Sequence record: SRR16203515_4249
DNA: 46,766 nt
Direction: 5' to 3' (one strand)
Part shown: positions 28,149 to 37,328 of the stretch, piece by piece
How the letters are laid out: every line of letters starts with the position of its first letter
How positions within the stretch are numbered: position 1 is the first letter of the stretch
Notes under the pieces: generated by a model
What the model was told of the DNA's origin: nothing
What the model saw: the letters and a program-made list of their open reading frames with translations, nothing else
Databases searched by the model: none
Made by a program: the position numbers and the translations under genes

Positions 28149-30605
28149 TCAGACGGGGAGCGTGCAGGCGCCTTGTGTCACATCCTGCGTCATCACAATA
28201 TCTGTTGATGAAAACCCGATGTGCAGAGTGTATGTCCCCCCGTTCACACGCCAGCATCCTGAACCAATATCGAAATACGCGAAATCACGGGCAGAGAGGG
28301 TTAAGTTTACCGTGGTTTTTTCACCCACCTTCAAGGCCACTTTTGCGAAGGCACGCAGTTCTTTTTCAGGGCGGTCAATGGCTGCATCATGATCTGAGAG
28401 ATAGAGTTGAACAACGGTCGATCCGTCGCGGATACCAATATTTGTAACGTCGACAGACACCAGAACATCGTTCTCAACTGAACGCATTGAGACATTCGAT
28501 AGCGTAAATTCAGTATAGCTGAGCCCATGGCCAAATGGGAACAAGGGTGTGATGCGATGTTTTTCGTAATGACGATAGCCGACAAAAACACCTTCGCCAT
28601 ATCGAACTGTTCCTGCAGCGCCCGGATATATTTTGGGGTCTTGGCTGTGGCTTGGGTTATCCTGCCATCGCGCGGGAAAGGTTTGAGGCAAACGGCCCCC
28701 TGGATCGGCATCGCCAAACAGGACATCGGCAATCGCGTTTCCACATTCTTGACCTGGATACCAGGCCTGTAAGACTGCAGGCGCCTGCGTGACCCACGGC
28801 ATTTCTACGGGGCCACCCGTTTGCAGAACAACAATCGTGTTGGGATTTGCCGTACAAAGGGCATCGATCAAGGCATTTTGGTTGCGCGGTAAATCGATGT
28901 TTTCCAAATCGGACCCTTCTGTGTCCCATTCGCCCAAACGGCCCACAAAAACCAGGGCGGTATCGCAGCGCGATGCCGCAGCAACCGCCGCATCAATTTC
29001 GGTTTGGCCAAGGACGCGCGACACACCAAAACGGAACGCTGTGAAATACAAATTATCTGCGGGTTTGGTGCGCAATTCCATCACAACGGAAACGGTCTGT
29101 CCCACTCTTAGGGTGACATGCCCAGTGCGCTCATCACAACCCTCTTCAAAGAACGTGCGCCCCTTACTCCACGTATCCCACGCATCCACAACCAATGCGC
29201 CATCGACGTAAAGTTTCGCATACCCCGCAGCGTGCAGACCAAAACTATGTTCGCCCTCTTCTTTCGCGGTATAGGTTCCAGACACGCGGACGGAAAAGGC
29301 GTTTGAGTCGACTTTGCCCTCGGCCACCCCTTCATGCCAGAAAACCACGGATCCATCGATTGTATCGGTGTGTACCGCAAGTCCGCGCAGGTCTTCATTA
29401 CCGAAATATTCCGCTTGGAATTCACCCTCAATCACAGGTTCCCAGCGGTGATTTGCGCATCCTTTGACAAATTCAATGCGATCCTGACCGATGCGCTGGA
29501 TCATTCCATCCAGCGGGGTGATCCGATAATGTGGGTTCAATTGCGCCGATCCACCACCCATGATTTGTGCAACATCGGCGTTGGGACCGATCACCGCAAC
29601 TGTACCGCTATCGCAGTTTAGCGGCAGTGCACCATCATTCTTCAACAGAACCGTTGCAGCAGACCCCGCCTGTCGGATCAACGCACGATGTTCGGAGCGA
29701 TTATCTGCATGTTCTTCAAAGGGTCGGTGATCAGACAAGGAACCGACACGTTCCATCAATCGCAACATGGCAAGCGCACGCTCACGCACCGTTTCTGCAC
29801 GCACCAATCCATCGTGGACCGCCTGAACCAATGTGGCACCCCGATCGCGCGTTGGACCCGGCATTTCCAAATCCAATCCTGCATTCACCGTGGGGGCCGT
29901 TGTGCGTGACCCAAACCAATCAGACATCACAATGCCATCATAGCCCCACTCTTCGCGCAAAACTTTGGTCAACAACCATTCGTTTTCGGCTGTGTAGACG
30001 CCGTTCAATTTGTTGTAAGAGGACATGATGCCCCAAACATCGGCCTGTTTTACAGCGGCCTCAAATGGGCGCAGGTACACCTCGCGCAATGTTCGTTCAT
30101 CAATGGCCGAATTGATTGTGGTGCGCTCAATCTCGGATTCATTCCCAATGAAATGTTTCACCGTCGCGGCCACGCCATTTCCCTGCAAACCTGTGATATA
30201 CGCCACGGCCAGATCAGCCGCCAATTCAGGATCCTCGGAATAGCATTCAAAATTCCGCCCGTTGGTGACCGTGCGGTGCATATTAATCGTGGGACCCAGC
30301 AACATATGCGCGCCCTTAGATTTCACCTCATCCGCGATAGCCGCACCAATGAGGCGCATCAAATCCACGTCCCATGTTGCGCCCAGTGCGATACCAACAG
30401 GAAAACAGGCTGCCGTGACCCCGCCAATGATTGATCCACTGCCGCGCGCACCGTTGGGCCCATCTGTCACACGCAGCGTCGCGATCCCCAACCGATCAAT
30501 CGCCGGGGTCGACCAATAATCCGCACCCGCAAGAATGGAAACTTGTTCCTCAAGCGTAAGAAGATCAATCAATTCATCGGCAGTTTTATTTAAAGTGTGC
30601 GTCAT
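28149..30605 (-). CDS. GH3 beta-glucosidase with PA14 insertion and Fn3-like domain
   Basis: TDGPNGARG, GRNFECYSEDP, VKHF, MSDWFG nucleophile, LLKNDG, YGEGVFVGYR, PFGHGLSYT; no signal peptide. Confidence 0.93.
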   Translation of the reverse strand: MTHTLNKTADELIDLLTLEEQVSILAGADYWSTPAIDRLGIATLRVTDGPNGARGSGSIIGGVTAACFPVGIALGATWDVDLMRLIGAAIADEVKSKGAHMLLGPTINMHRTVTNGRNFECYSEDPELAADLAVAYITGLQGNGVAATVKHFIGNESEIERTTINSAIDERTLREVYLRPFEAAVKQADVWGIMSSYNKLNGVYTAENEWLLTKVLREEWGYDGIVMSDWFGSRTTAPTVNAGLDLEMPGPTRDRGATLVQAVHDGLVRAETVRERALAMLRLMERVGSLSDHRPFEEHADNRSEHRALIRQAGSAATVLLKNDGALPLNCDSGTVAVIGPNADVAQIMGGGSAQLNPHYRITPLDGMIQRIGQDRIEFVKGCANHRWEPVIEGEFQAEYFGNEDLRGLAVHTDTIDGSVVFWHEGVAEGKVDSNAFSVRVSGTYTAKEEGEHSFGLHAAGYAKLYVDGALVVDAWDTWSKGRTFFEEGCDERTGHVTLRVGQTVSVVMELRTKPADNLYFTAFRFGVSRVLGQTEIDAAVAAASRCDTALVFVGRLGEWDTEGSDLENIDLPRNQNALIDALCTANPNTIVVLQTGGPVEMPWVTQAPAVLQAWYPGQECGNAIADVLFGDADPGGRLPQTFPARWQDNPSHSQDPKIYPGAAGTVRYGEGVFVGYRHYEKHRITPLFPFGHGLSYTEFTLSNVSMRSVENDVLVSVDVTNIGIRDGSTVVQLYLSDHDAAIDRPEKELRAFAKVALKVGEKTTVNLTLSARDFAYFDIGSGCWRVNGGTYTLHIGFSSTDIVMTQDVTQGACTLPV

Positions 30606-30717
30606 ACTGCGTTCCATTACAGAGATATTTGCCAAAGGTTTTACAACCCAGACCGTTTAAATTGTGGCCCAACTACCACTAGATCCTGCCCTGCGACAAT
30701 AAGTTCGCATTTATATT

Positions 30718-30746
30718 CTTGTAATTGAATGTAACAGCGACTAAAT
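30718..30746 (+). promoter_or_regulatory. Sigma70-type promoter for the candidate sRNA
   Basis: CTTGTA-N17-CTAAAT, close to the alphaproteobacterial CTTGAC-N17-CTATAT consensus. Confidence 0.5.
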
Positions 30747-30751
30747 GCAGT

Positions 30752-30812
30752 GGTGTACATTAGTACACCTCCCTGTTGGACTGGCCCCGCATCATTTGCG
30801 GGGCCTTTTTTT
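30752..30812 (+). ncRNA. Candidate trans-acting sRNA with a CCUCCCU anti-SD motif (possibly suhB/MmgR-like)
   Basis: 5' hairpin GGTGTAC-ATTA-GTACACC, CCTCCCTGTTGGACT linker, terminator GGCCCCGCA-N5-TGCGGGGCC-T7 on the + strand; both flanking genes are on the - strand. Confidence 0.65.
30783..30812 (+). terminator. Intrinsic terminator of the candidate sRNA
   Basis: 9-bp perfect stem (30783-30791/30797-30805) followed by T7. Confidence 0.8.
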
Positions 30813-31599
30813 ATTCCGAATACAAAACTGGAAACTCTGGCGCATCAAAAGGCGTGCCCGGTGCGTAGTCTAAATCTGGAAACGCCGGTGACGTGGTTCC
30901 AAGCCGTTTAGCAAACACAGCGTCATCCCCAACCCAACGCATCGAAATCACACGACGGCGGTTTGGTGATGCATTGGCGGGGGCGCCGTGCAACGTGCGA
31001 AAGTTGAATGCTACTGCATCCCCTGGTTCCATTTCCCACCCCAAGATATCCAATTCATCCCGCAGGTTATCAACGTCTGGCACCACCTCGCTTGTGTCCC
31101 CTTCGAACAGGTCGGTTCCATCAAAACGCTGTGGTTTGAAATCTTTACCCCATCTGTGCGAACCCGCGATATATTCAATCGTTCGTTCCCTTGGGATATG
31201 ATCCAACGGGACCCAAAAACTGACGCTTTGACGCCCTTCGCACAAGTAATAAGGCTGATCCTGATGCCACGGGGTGACGACCGAATTCCCGGGTTCTTTG
31301 ACCAGAATGTGATCATGAAACACACGTGCGGTTTTTGATTGCATCAGTTTTGCAGCCAATTCGGGCATTGCAGAGTCCCGCACCAAACGGCGATACCCAT
31401 CAAACTGATCCCATACAACATAATCCTGAAAAAACGCCTGCCCGCCATCATCAGGGCGATAGGTACGTTCGCGCCAACTGGGATTTTGCATGTTTTCTTC
31501 GATTGCTTCGCGGGCTGTTTCAACAAAATCCGCGAAAACACCTTTTAACAACACGGCGCCGTTGCGTTGGAAATCGTCAATTTGGGATTGCTCTAGCAT
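30811..31599 (-). CDS. PhyH-family Fe(II)/2-oxoglutarate dioxygenase
   Basis: TPWHQD (HxD), SFWVPLD, GSHRW, TLHGA, RRRVISMRW. Confidence 0.9.
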   Translation of the reverse strand: MLEQSQIDDFQRNGAVLLKGVFADFVETAREAIEENMQNPSWRERTYRPDDGGQAFFQDYVVWDQFDGYRRLVRDSAMPELAAKLMQSKTARVFHDHILVKEPGNSVVTPWHQDQPYYLCEGRQSVSFWVPLDHIPRERTIEYIAGSHRWGKDFKPQRFDGTDLFEGDTSEVVPDVDNLRDELDILGWEMEPGDAVAFNFRTLHGAPANASPNRRRVISMRWVGDDAVFAKRLGTTSPAFPDLDYAPGTPFDAPEFPVLYSE

Positions 31600-31659
31600 T
31601 CTTATCTCCACCACTTTTCATTTGATGAATGCACAGGATGTTTTCACGTGCAATCGGTT

Positions 31660-32016
31660 TTAGGTAACGTTCCAATCCTGACTTAGATCAGGAACAAAGG
31701 CTTCAATCGCGCAGGTGGCCACAACTGTTGGGTTTTCACCCGCAGTCGTTGTGATGTTATGGCCCCCAAAGACCACGTTGATCTGCGGATTGCCACGCGG
31801 CACTTCGGCCATCAGGCGGTCGACATCAACTTGTTCAGGGTCTTGCACACCAATCGTTACTTTGACGTTCATGACTGCATGATCCAAATCAAGTGAACGA
31901 AACAGAATGATCGAACTGTGGCGAACTGCATCGTTAAATGCCCTGACTGCGGCATTGGTGTAATCCATACCATATAGGTCGGCCCCCGACCCCATTTCCA
32001 AAATCAACCGCTTCAT
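31660..32016 (-). CDS. Lin0512 family protein
   Basis: KRLILEMGSGADLYGMDYTNAAVRAFNDAVRHSSI. Confidence 0.85.
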   Translation of the reverse strand: MKRLILEMGSGADLYGMDYTNAAVRAFNDAVRHSSIILFRSLDLDHAVMNVKVTIGVQDPEQVDVDRLMAEVPRGNPQINVVFGGHNITTTAGENPTVVATCAIEAFVPDLSQDWNVT

Positions 32017-32378
32017 GCCGCACGCTCCTTTTTCGTGACATCCAGTGACACAATGATCGCCGCATGTGCGATGATTGCACGGGGTTGATCTGGTTTATTT
32101 GGATTTGGAATGTCCAAACCACCTTGCACGGCTGCGGCTGTGACGTTGCCATATGGAAATTCCGCCTGAACTGCGGTTAGGTCAATGGCATCGGGATTTT
32201 GACAGGCGATTTCGGCCGTGATCCGCATGCTGCTTTTTTCTGCGCCAAAGACTTCGACCAAATTGATCGAATTGCGCCATAGGGCGTCACGCACTGCACG
32301 GCAGGCGGCTTTGGTATAGCTTCCTGAACGCAGGGCACTGCCCACACCCAGTTCAAGGATCATTGGCAATTGGGACAT
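32013..32378 (-). CDS. Lin0512 family protein
   Basis: ILELGVGSALRSGSYTKAACRAVRDALWRNSI...FPYG...GGLD; ATGA-coupled to its paralog. Confidence 0.82.
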   Translation of the reverse strand: MSQLPMILELGVGSALRSGSYTKAACRAVRDALWRNSINLVEVFGAEKSSMRITAEIACQNPDAIDLTAVQAEFPYGNVTAAAVQGGLDIPNPNKPDQPRAIIAHAAIIVSLDVTKKERAA

Positions 32379-32518
32379 TTGATTTCCTGTTTCATTGCAA
32401 TTTGACCTCAATGTACCCGCCCCCAAAATGAAAGCAATGCGTGATTTCCCGATTTGTCCGTGACCCCCTATGCATTTCGATATATGTCGGGGCAAGTGAT
32501 GAAAAATGGGCGATTTAG

Positions 32519-32968
32519 ATGACAAAAATTTACGTTGATGCCGACGCCTGCCCCGTCAAAGCAGAAGTAGAAAAAACTGCCACACGCCACAAAATTCCTG
32601 TATTTATTGTCAGCAACGGCGGCATCCGCCCATCACAAAACCCAATTATTACAACCGTAGTTGTGGACCACGGCGCAGATGTGGCGGATCAGTGGATCGC
32701 CGATCATTGCGGTACAGGGGATATCGTTGTCACATCTGATATTCCACTGGCTGCCCGTGCAATTGAACACGGATCACTTGTGGTAAAGCACAACGGCGAG
32801 ATTTTGACGTCAAAAAACATTGGTCCCGTTTTGGCCACGCGTGATTTGATGTCTGATATTCGATCAGCGGACCCGTTTTTTCAGGGTCGGGCGAAAGCAT
32901 TTTCCAAATCGGATCGGTCCCGTTTTTTGGATGCATTAGAACGCACTATTCGACAAAGCCAACAATAA
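32519..32968 (+). CDS. YaiI/YqxD (UPF0178) family protein
   Basis: IYVDADACPVK, ADQWI, VVTSDIPLA. Confidence 0.9.
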   Translation: MTKIYVDADACPVKAEVEKTATRHKIPVFIVSNGGIRPSQNPIITTVVVDHGADVADQWIADHCGTGDIVVTSDIPLAARAIEHGSLVVKHNGEILTSKNIGPVLATRDLMSDIRSADPFFQGRAKAFSKSDRSRFLDALERTIRQSQQ

Positions 32969-33040
32969 AGTTTTGGCAATTTCAGATGACAAGCTGTGGC
33001 CTTGCACTAGTTTTACTTTAGCCAATAGGTTGGAGACCCC

Positions 33041-33418
33041 ATGGAAAAAGAGCTCTCAAAAAATGTATTAGGTGGTGATTTGATCCCCTGTTCAATGGAT
33101 CCTGTGACGGGTTTCTTTCGCAATGGATCCTGCGATACATGTGCAGAAGATCGGGGCAGCCACACGGTCTGCGCTATTATGGATAAAGAATTTTTGATGT
33201 TGTCCCAATATCTTGGAAATGATCTCTCGTCCCCACGTCCAGAATACGGGTTTCAAGGGTTAAAACCAGGGGATCATTGGTGCCTTTGTGCCGGGCGCTT
33301 TTTGCAAGCCTATCAAGAGGGCTGCGCACCCAAAGTCGTGCTAAAGGCAACACATGCGCGCGCATTGGATATTGTCCCACTTGATCTGCTGAAGGAGTGC
33401 GAATTCAACCCTGCATAA
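33041..33418 (+). CDS. DUF2237 family protein
   Basis: NVLGGDLIPCS.DPVTGFFRNGSC, GNDLS, LKPGDHWCLCA. Confidence 0.88.
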   Translation: MEKELSKNVLGGDLIPCSMDPVTGFFRNGSCDTCAEDRGSHTVCAIMDKEFLMLSQYLGNDLSSPRPEYGFQGLKPGDHWCLCAGRFLQAYQEGCAPKVVLKATHARALDIVPLDLLKECEFNPA

Positions 33419-33680
33419 GGTCAAAACTTTGATCCAAAACACCTGCCAGTTGGATATCCAACTCGGTCAGCGTCTCTACATCATGTGTCGCAAGGCGCAC
33501 CTCCACACGATTATAAACGTTTTGCCATTCTGGATGATGGTTTAGGGCGTCGATCTGATCAACAAGTGACGCCATCCACGCAATCGCCGCTGAAAAGCTT
33601 GGAAAGTGATATGTTTTGTTGGCGGAGTGACCATCGGTTGCGACTGTCCAGCCGCCCTCTTCCAGTATTTTGTAATCCAT
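33405..33680 (-). CDS. Pterin-4-alpha-carbinolamine dehydratase
   Basis: NHHPEWQNVYNRVEVRLATHD...LTELDI; ATG 33680 gives a typical ~91-aa length. Confidence 0.88.
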   Translation of the reverse strand: MDYKILEEGGWTVATDGHSANKTYHFPSFSAAIAWMASLVDQIDALNHHPEWQNVYNRVEVRLATHDVETLTELDIQLAGVLDQSFDLMQG

Positions 33681-33795
33681 TCGACTGACCCTATAAACAA
33701 CTATATGATGAAAAATAAGCCGCGCGCGCACATCTTCAACATTTGCAAAATGCGTAAATCCCATTACATCCATTCGAAGCAAAAGGAAGTCGATT

Positions 33796-34236
33796 ATGCA
33801 AATTTACCTATCAGGCGAAATCCATACAAATTGGCGCGATGAAATTATGGAACTGTGTCAGGGGCTAAATGTGACCTTTACCTCTCCTGTTTTGGACCAC
33901 GCAGCAAGTGATGATTGCGGCGTCACCATTTTGGGGGCTGAGGACAATAAATTTTGGCATGACAATAAGGGCGCCAAAGTAAACGCCATCCGAACGCGCA
34001 AGGCAATCAGTGATGCAGATGTCGTCGTGGTCCGCTTTGGCGAAAAATACAAACAATGGAACGCAGCGTTTGATGCAGGCTATGCAGCCGCACTTGGAAA
34101 ATCACTAATCATCATGCACGGTGACGATCATCAGCACGCCCTAAAAGAGGTAGACGCCGCCGCGCTGGCCGTGACATCCACCCCAGCACAGGTTGCACAA
34201 ATCCTGAAATATGTGTTGCACGGCGAACTAAGTTAA
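33796..34236 (+). CDS. YtoQ family protein
   Basis: IYLSGEIHTNWR, SDDCG, NAIRT, VRFGEKYKQWNAAFDAG. Confidence 0.88.
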   Translation: MQIYLSGEIHTNWRDEIMELCQGLNVTFTSPVLDHAASDDCGVTILGAEDNKFWHDNKGAKVNAIRTRKAISDADVVVVRFGEKYKQWNAAFDAGYAAALGKSLIIMHGDDHQHALKEVDAAALAVTSTPAQVAQILKYVLHGELS

Positions 34237-34314
34237 CATCCGCGATGTCGCAATTAAGCGGTTTTTCCTGAACTTTTCGCGATTGGCTCGTTCCAAATAC
34301 ATAAGGAACGGATT

Positions 34315-35049
34315 ATGAGATTTTCTGGGAAAACCGCGCTTGTCACGGGTGCAGCTGGCGGAATTGGGCAAGCGATTGTTGCGGGATTACGTGCGGAAGG
34401 CGCACGTGTAGCAACAGCAGATCGCGACAGCAGTGCCATTCCCGCAGATGCGCATTTGGACGGTGACCTATTAAACCCAGATTACTGTGATGGATTGATA
34501 AACGCGGCGGCTGCGTCATTGGGGTCCATCGACATCATCGTGAACAACGCAGGCGTCATCACGCGCGGCACGATTGATGAAACAACTGACGCTGATTGGG
34601 CGCTGTCCATGGGCGTCAATGTCGAGGCACCGTTTCGTATTTGCCGCGCGGCGATCCCAGTGATGGCGAAACAGGGCGGTGGTGTCATCGTAAACACATC
34701 ATCCTGTTGGGGCGGAAAAGCCCCCGGCCCAAACCACCCGCTTTATTGCATGACAAAGGCCGCAATTGCATCGATGACGGAATGTTTGGGCATGGACCAC
34801 GGACACCAGAACATTCGTGTCAACGCCGTCTGCCCGAATGAGGTGAATACACCAATGCTGCGCACAGGGTTGCGCATGCGCGGGTTTGATCCTAATACGG
34901 CCATTGCGGAACTGGGCAAAACTGTGCCAGTGGGCCGTATCGCAGAACCCGAAGATATCGCCGACGTAGTGCTATTCCTTGCCTCTGAGCAGTCGCGCTA
35001 CATCACGGGCACATTGGTTGAGGTCAACGGTGGAAAGCCCGTGTCATGA
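34315..35049 (+). CDS. SDR family oxidoreductase
   Basis: TGAAGGIG, NNAG, YCMTK. Confidence 0.9.
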   Translation: MRFSGKTALVTGAAGGIGQAIVAGLRAEGARVATADRDSSAIPADAHLDGDLLNPDYCDGLINAAAASLGSIDIIVNNAGVITRGTIDETTDADWALSMGVNVEAPFRICRAAIPVMAKQGGGVIVNTSSCWGGKAPGPNHPLYCMTKAAIASMTECLGMDHGHQNIRVNAVCPNEVNTPMLRTGLRMRGFDPNTAIAELGKTVPVGRIAEPEDIADVVLFLASEQSRYITGTLVEVNGGKPVS

Positions 35050-35783
35050 AGCGGTTTGAGAACAAAGTTGCCCTTGTCACAGGGGGACGCAGCGGGATTG
35101 GAGGGGCCACTGCAAAACGCCTACGCGATGAAGGTGCAACCGTTATTACGGCGCAGCGCGGAACCAATTCAGACTTTCCATCAATCAGCGTCGATTTTGC
35201 CGATCCCATCGCCACCAGCACCGTGGTGGATCAGGTCGTAGCGAAGCATGGTCAGTTGGACGTTTTGATCAACAACGCAGGCATCATGCAAGAGGCCTAT
35301 GCCGAGGATATGACGCTTGATGATTGGATGCGCACAATCAATGTCAACCTGACTGCCCCGTTCCTATTGATCAAATCCGCACTGTCGCATTTGCGAAAAA
35401 CAAAAGGGGCAATTGTGAATACTGGTTCGATCGAGGGGTTGGGATCAAACCCAATGCATGCAGCCTATGGCGCATCTAAGGCAGGATTGCATGGACTGAC
35501 CAAGGCAATTGCGGTGGATCATGGCAAAGATGGCATTCGTTGCAATGCGGTAGCACCTGGCTGGATCGACACAGATTTGAACGAGGATTACATCGACAAC
35601 ATGCCCGATCCAGACGCCTTTCGCCGTGATATTGCAAAAATTCACCCCGTCGGCAGTACGGGCAAACCACAGGATGTTGCAGCGCTTATTGCCTTTCTTG
35701 CATCAGATGACGCTGCATTCATCACAGGTGAAATTTATCGTGTAGACGGCGGCAGGATGAGCAAACTGAGCCTGCCGCAATAA
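35046..35783 (+). CDS. SDR family oxidoreductase
   Basis: TGGRSGIG, NNAG, YGASK, VDGG; ATGA overlap with the upstream SDR. Confidence 0.9.
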   Translation: MKRFENKVALVTGGRSGIGGATAKRLRDEGATVITAQRGTNSDFPSISVDFADPIATSTVVDQVVAKHGQLDVLINNAGIMQEAYAEDMTLDDWMRTINVNLTAPFLLIKSALSHLRKTKGAIVNTGSIEGLGSNPMHAAYGASKAGLHGLTKAIAVDHGKDGIRCNAVAPGWIDTDLNEDYIDNMPDPDAFRRDIAKIHPVGSTGKPQDVAALIAFLASDDAAFITGEIYRVDGGRMSKLSLPQ

Positions 35784-35790
35784 CGGCAGG
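35771..35790. terminator. Hairpin between the convergent SDR and sulfatase genes
   Basis: CCTGCCG-CAATAA-CGGCAGG; no clear U tract. Confidence 0.4.
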
Positions 35791-35798
35791 TCATCGCT

Positions 35799-37328
35799 TT
35801 ACGCCAATCCGACTTGGGTTCCATTGGGTTGAATATCCTCGGGTCGCTGTTCCAACATGGCAAACAAAGCCCCCTGAATATTTGCAACATTTGGATCGTC
35901 GTAGATGTTGTTCAATTCATGCGGGTCTTTTTCAAGATCATACATCTCGCCGGTTTGGGACTGATAATCATAAACCAATTTATGCGTTTTGGTGCGTACC
36001 GTCCGAAGGGAAAGCGCAACACCTGCGCGCGTTGGCAACAACTCCCATTCGTTCATCGCGAATTCACGGCTACCCTCATCCGTTTCAATCAACTTGCGCA
36101 AGGATGATCCATGCTGGGGCAATTGCGCATCCGTTTGCGCGTAATCACAAAATGTCGCCGTCAGATCGAGAGTTGAAACAGGATCCTCTACGCGCTTTCC
36201 GATGGGAACTCCGGGTCCTTTTACGATCATTGGGACCTTTAAAAGGCCATCATAATGCATTGGCCCCTTTAGGATCAGACCATGATCCCCCAACCAATCG
36301 CCATGGTCAGAAATATAGATAACAATTGTATTTTCATCCAAGCCCGCCTCAGCCAAGGCGATCATGATGCGGCCCACGTTGTGATCAATCAACGATAATT
36401 GCCCATAGGTATTTGCAATAATTTCACGCAACTGATCATCACTTTGTTCGGATATGCGGCTATAAGATTTCCGCACTTCTGCGTGCTTTTTCTCGCCCGC
36501 AGGTTCGGCCGTCAGAACTGCCTCGTGCCACCACGGACGCCCCTCAAAACTGCGAGTGCGATGTGCTGGCAAATCTACCTCGGCAGGATCATGCAATCGC
36601 GACCAAGGTTCAGGAGCATCAAAGGGGTGATGGGGATCTGGAAAGCTGATCCATGTGCAAAATGGAGTGTCCTGATCACGGCCATTCTTCAACCAATCAA
36701 TCGCGCGATCTGCGGTCCATGTAGTGTTGTGCCATGCCGCTGGCAGTTTGGAATGCCACGTCTGTGCGGCCTCTTTCGTGTCGCCCGCATTTTCGCGATA
36801 AAGGGCGTTTTTTTCGTCCCCTTTGCCATCGGCATAAAACCATTTTTCATAATGCTGACCAGCGGGTGGTTTTTCAGGCAAAAACCAATTGTGCCCCACC
36901 AACATCATTTCAACGTGCTGAAATCCCATATATGGCCCGTGCCATGTGTCTGGATAATCCGCAGATGATTTCAAACATTCGGGCGTCCCTGTTTTTTCAT
37001 ATGTGTGATAGGTGGAAAAATGCGCTTTTCCAAAAAACGATGTTTGATACCCAGCTGCAGAGAGTGATCCCGCAAACCCCTGTTCCCCGATGTCTGGGTT
37101 CAAATCGATCCCGTTGTCGTGAACACCATGGGTGCGGCACAACTGCCCCGTCAGGATAGAAGCCCGCGCAGGCTGGCACACCACACAGGATGTGATGCAA
37201 TTGTTAAAATGCGTACCTGATGCAGCCAATTCATCGAGATGGGGCGTTTTGACATTGCGCCCCTTAAACCCAAAACAATCTGCACGTTGTTGATCTGCAG
37301 AAATCAGCAAAATATTTGGACGCGTCAT
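35799..37328 (-). CDS. Cys-type (formylglycine) sulfatase-family hydrolase
   Basis: PNILLISADQQR, CQPARASILTG (CxPxR), GKAH, PDPHHP, SDHGD; no signal peptide. Confidence 0.92.
   Translation of the reverse strand: MTRPNILLISADQQRADCFGFKGRNVKTPHLDELAASGTHFNNCITSCVVCQPARASILTGQLCRTHGVHDNGIDLNPDIGEQGFAGSLSAAGYQTSFFGKAHFSTYHTYEKTGTPECLKSSADYPDTWHGPYMGFQHVEMMLVGHNWFLPEKPPAGQHYEKWFYADGKGDEKNALYRENAGDTKEAAQTWHSKLPAAWHNTTWTADRAIDWLKNGRDQDTPFCTWISFPDPHHPFDAPEPWSRLHDPAEVDLPAHRTRSFEGRPWWHEAVLTAEPAGEKKHAEVRKSYSRISEQSDDQLREIIANTYGQLSLIDHNVGRIMIALAEAGLDENTIVIYISDHGDWLGDHGLILKGPMHYDGLLKVPMIVKGPGVPIGKRVEDPVSTLDLTATFCDYAQTDAQLPQHGSSLRKLIETDEGSREFAMNEWELLPTRAGVALSLRTVRTKTHKLVYDYQSQTGEMYDLEKDPHELNNIYDDPNVANIQGALFAMLEQRPEDIQPNGTQVGLA

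Noticed and set aside
30783-30812. Hairpin as simply the terminator of phyH
   Set aside because: The U tract is on the plus strand only; on the minus strand the stem is followed by AGTCC.
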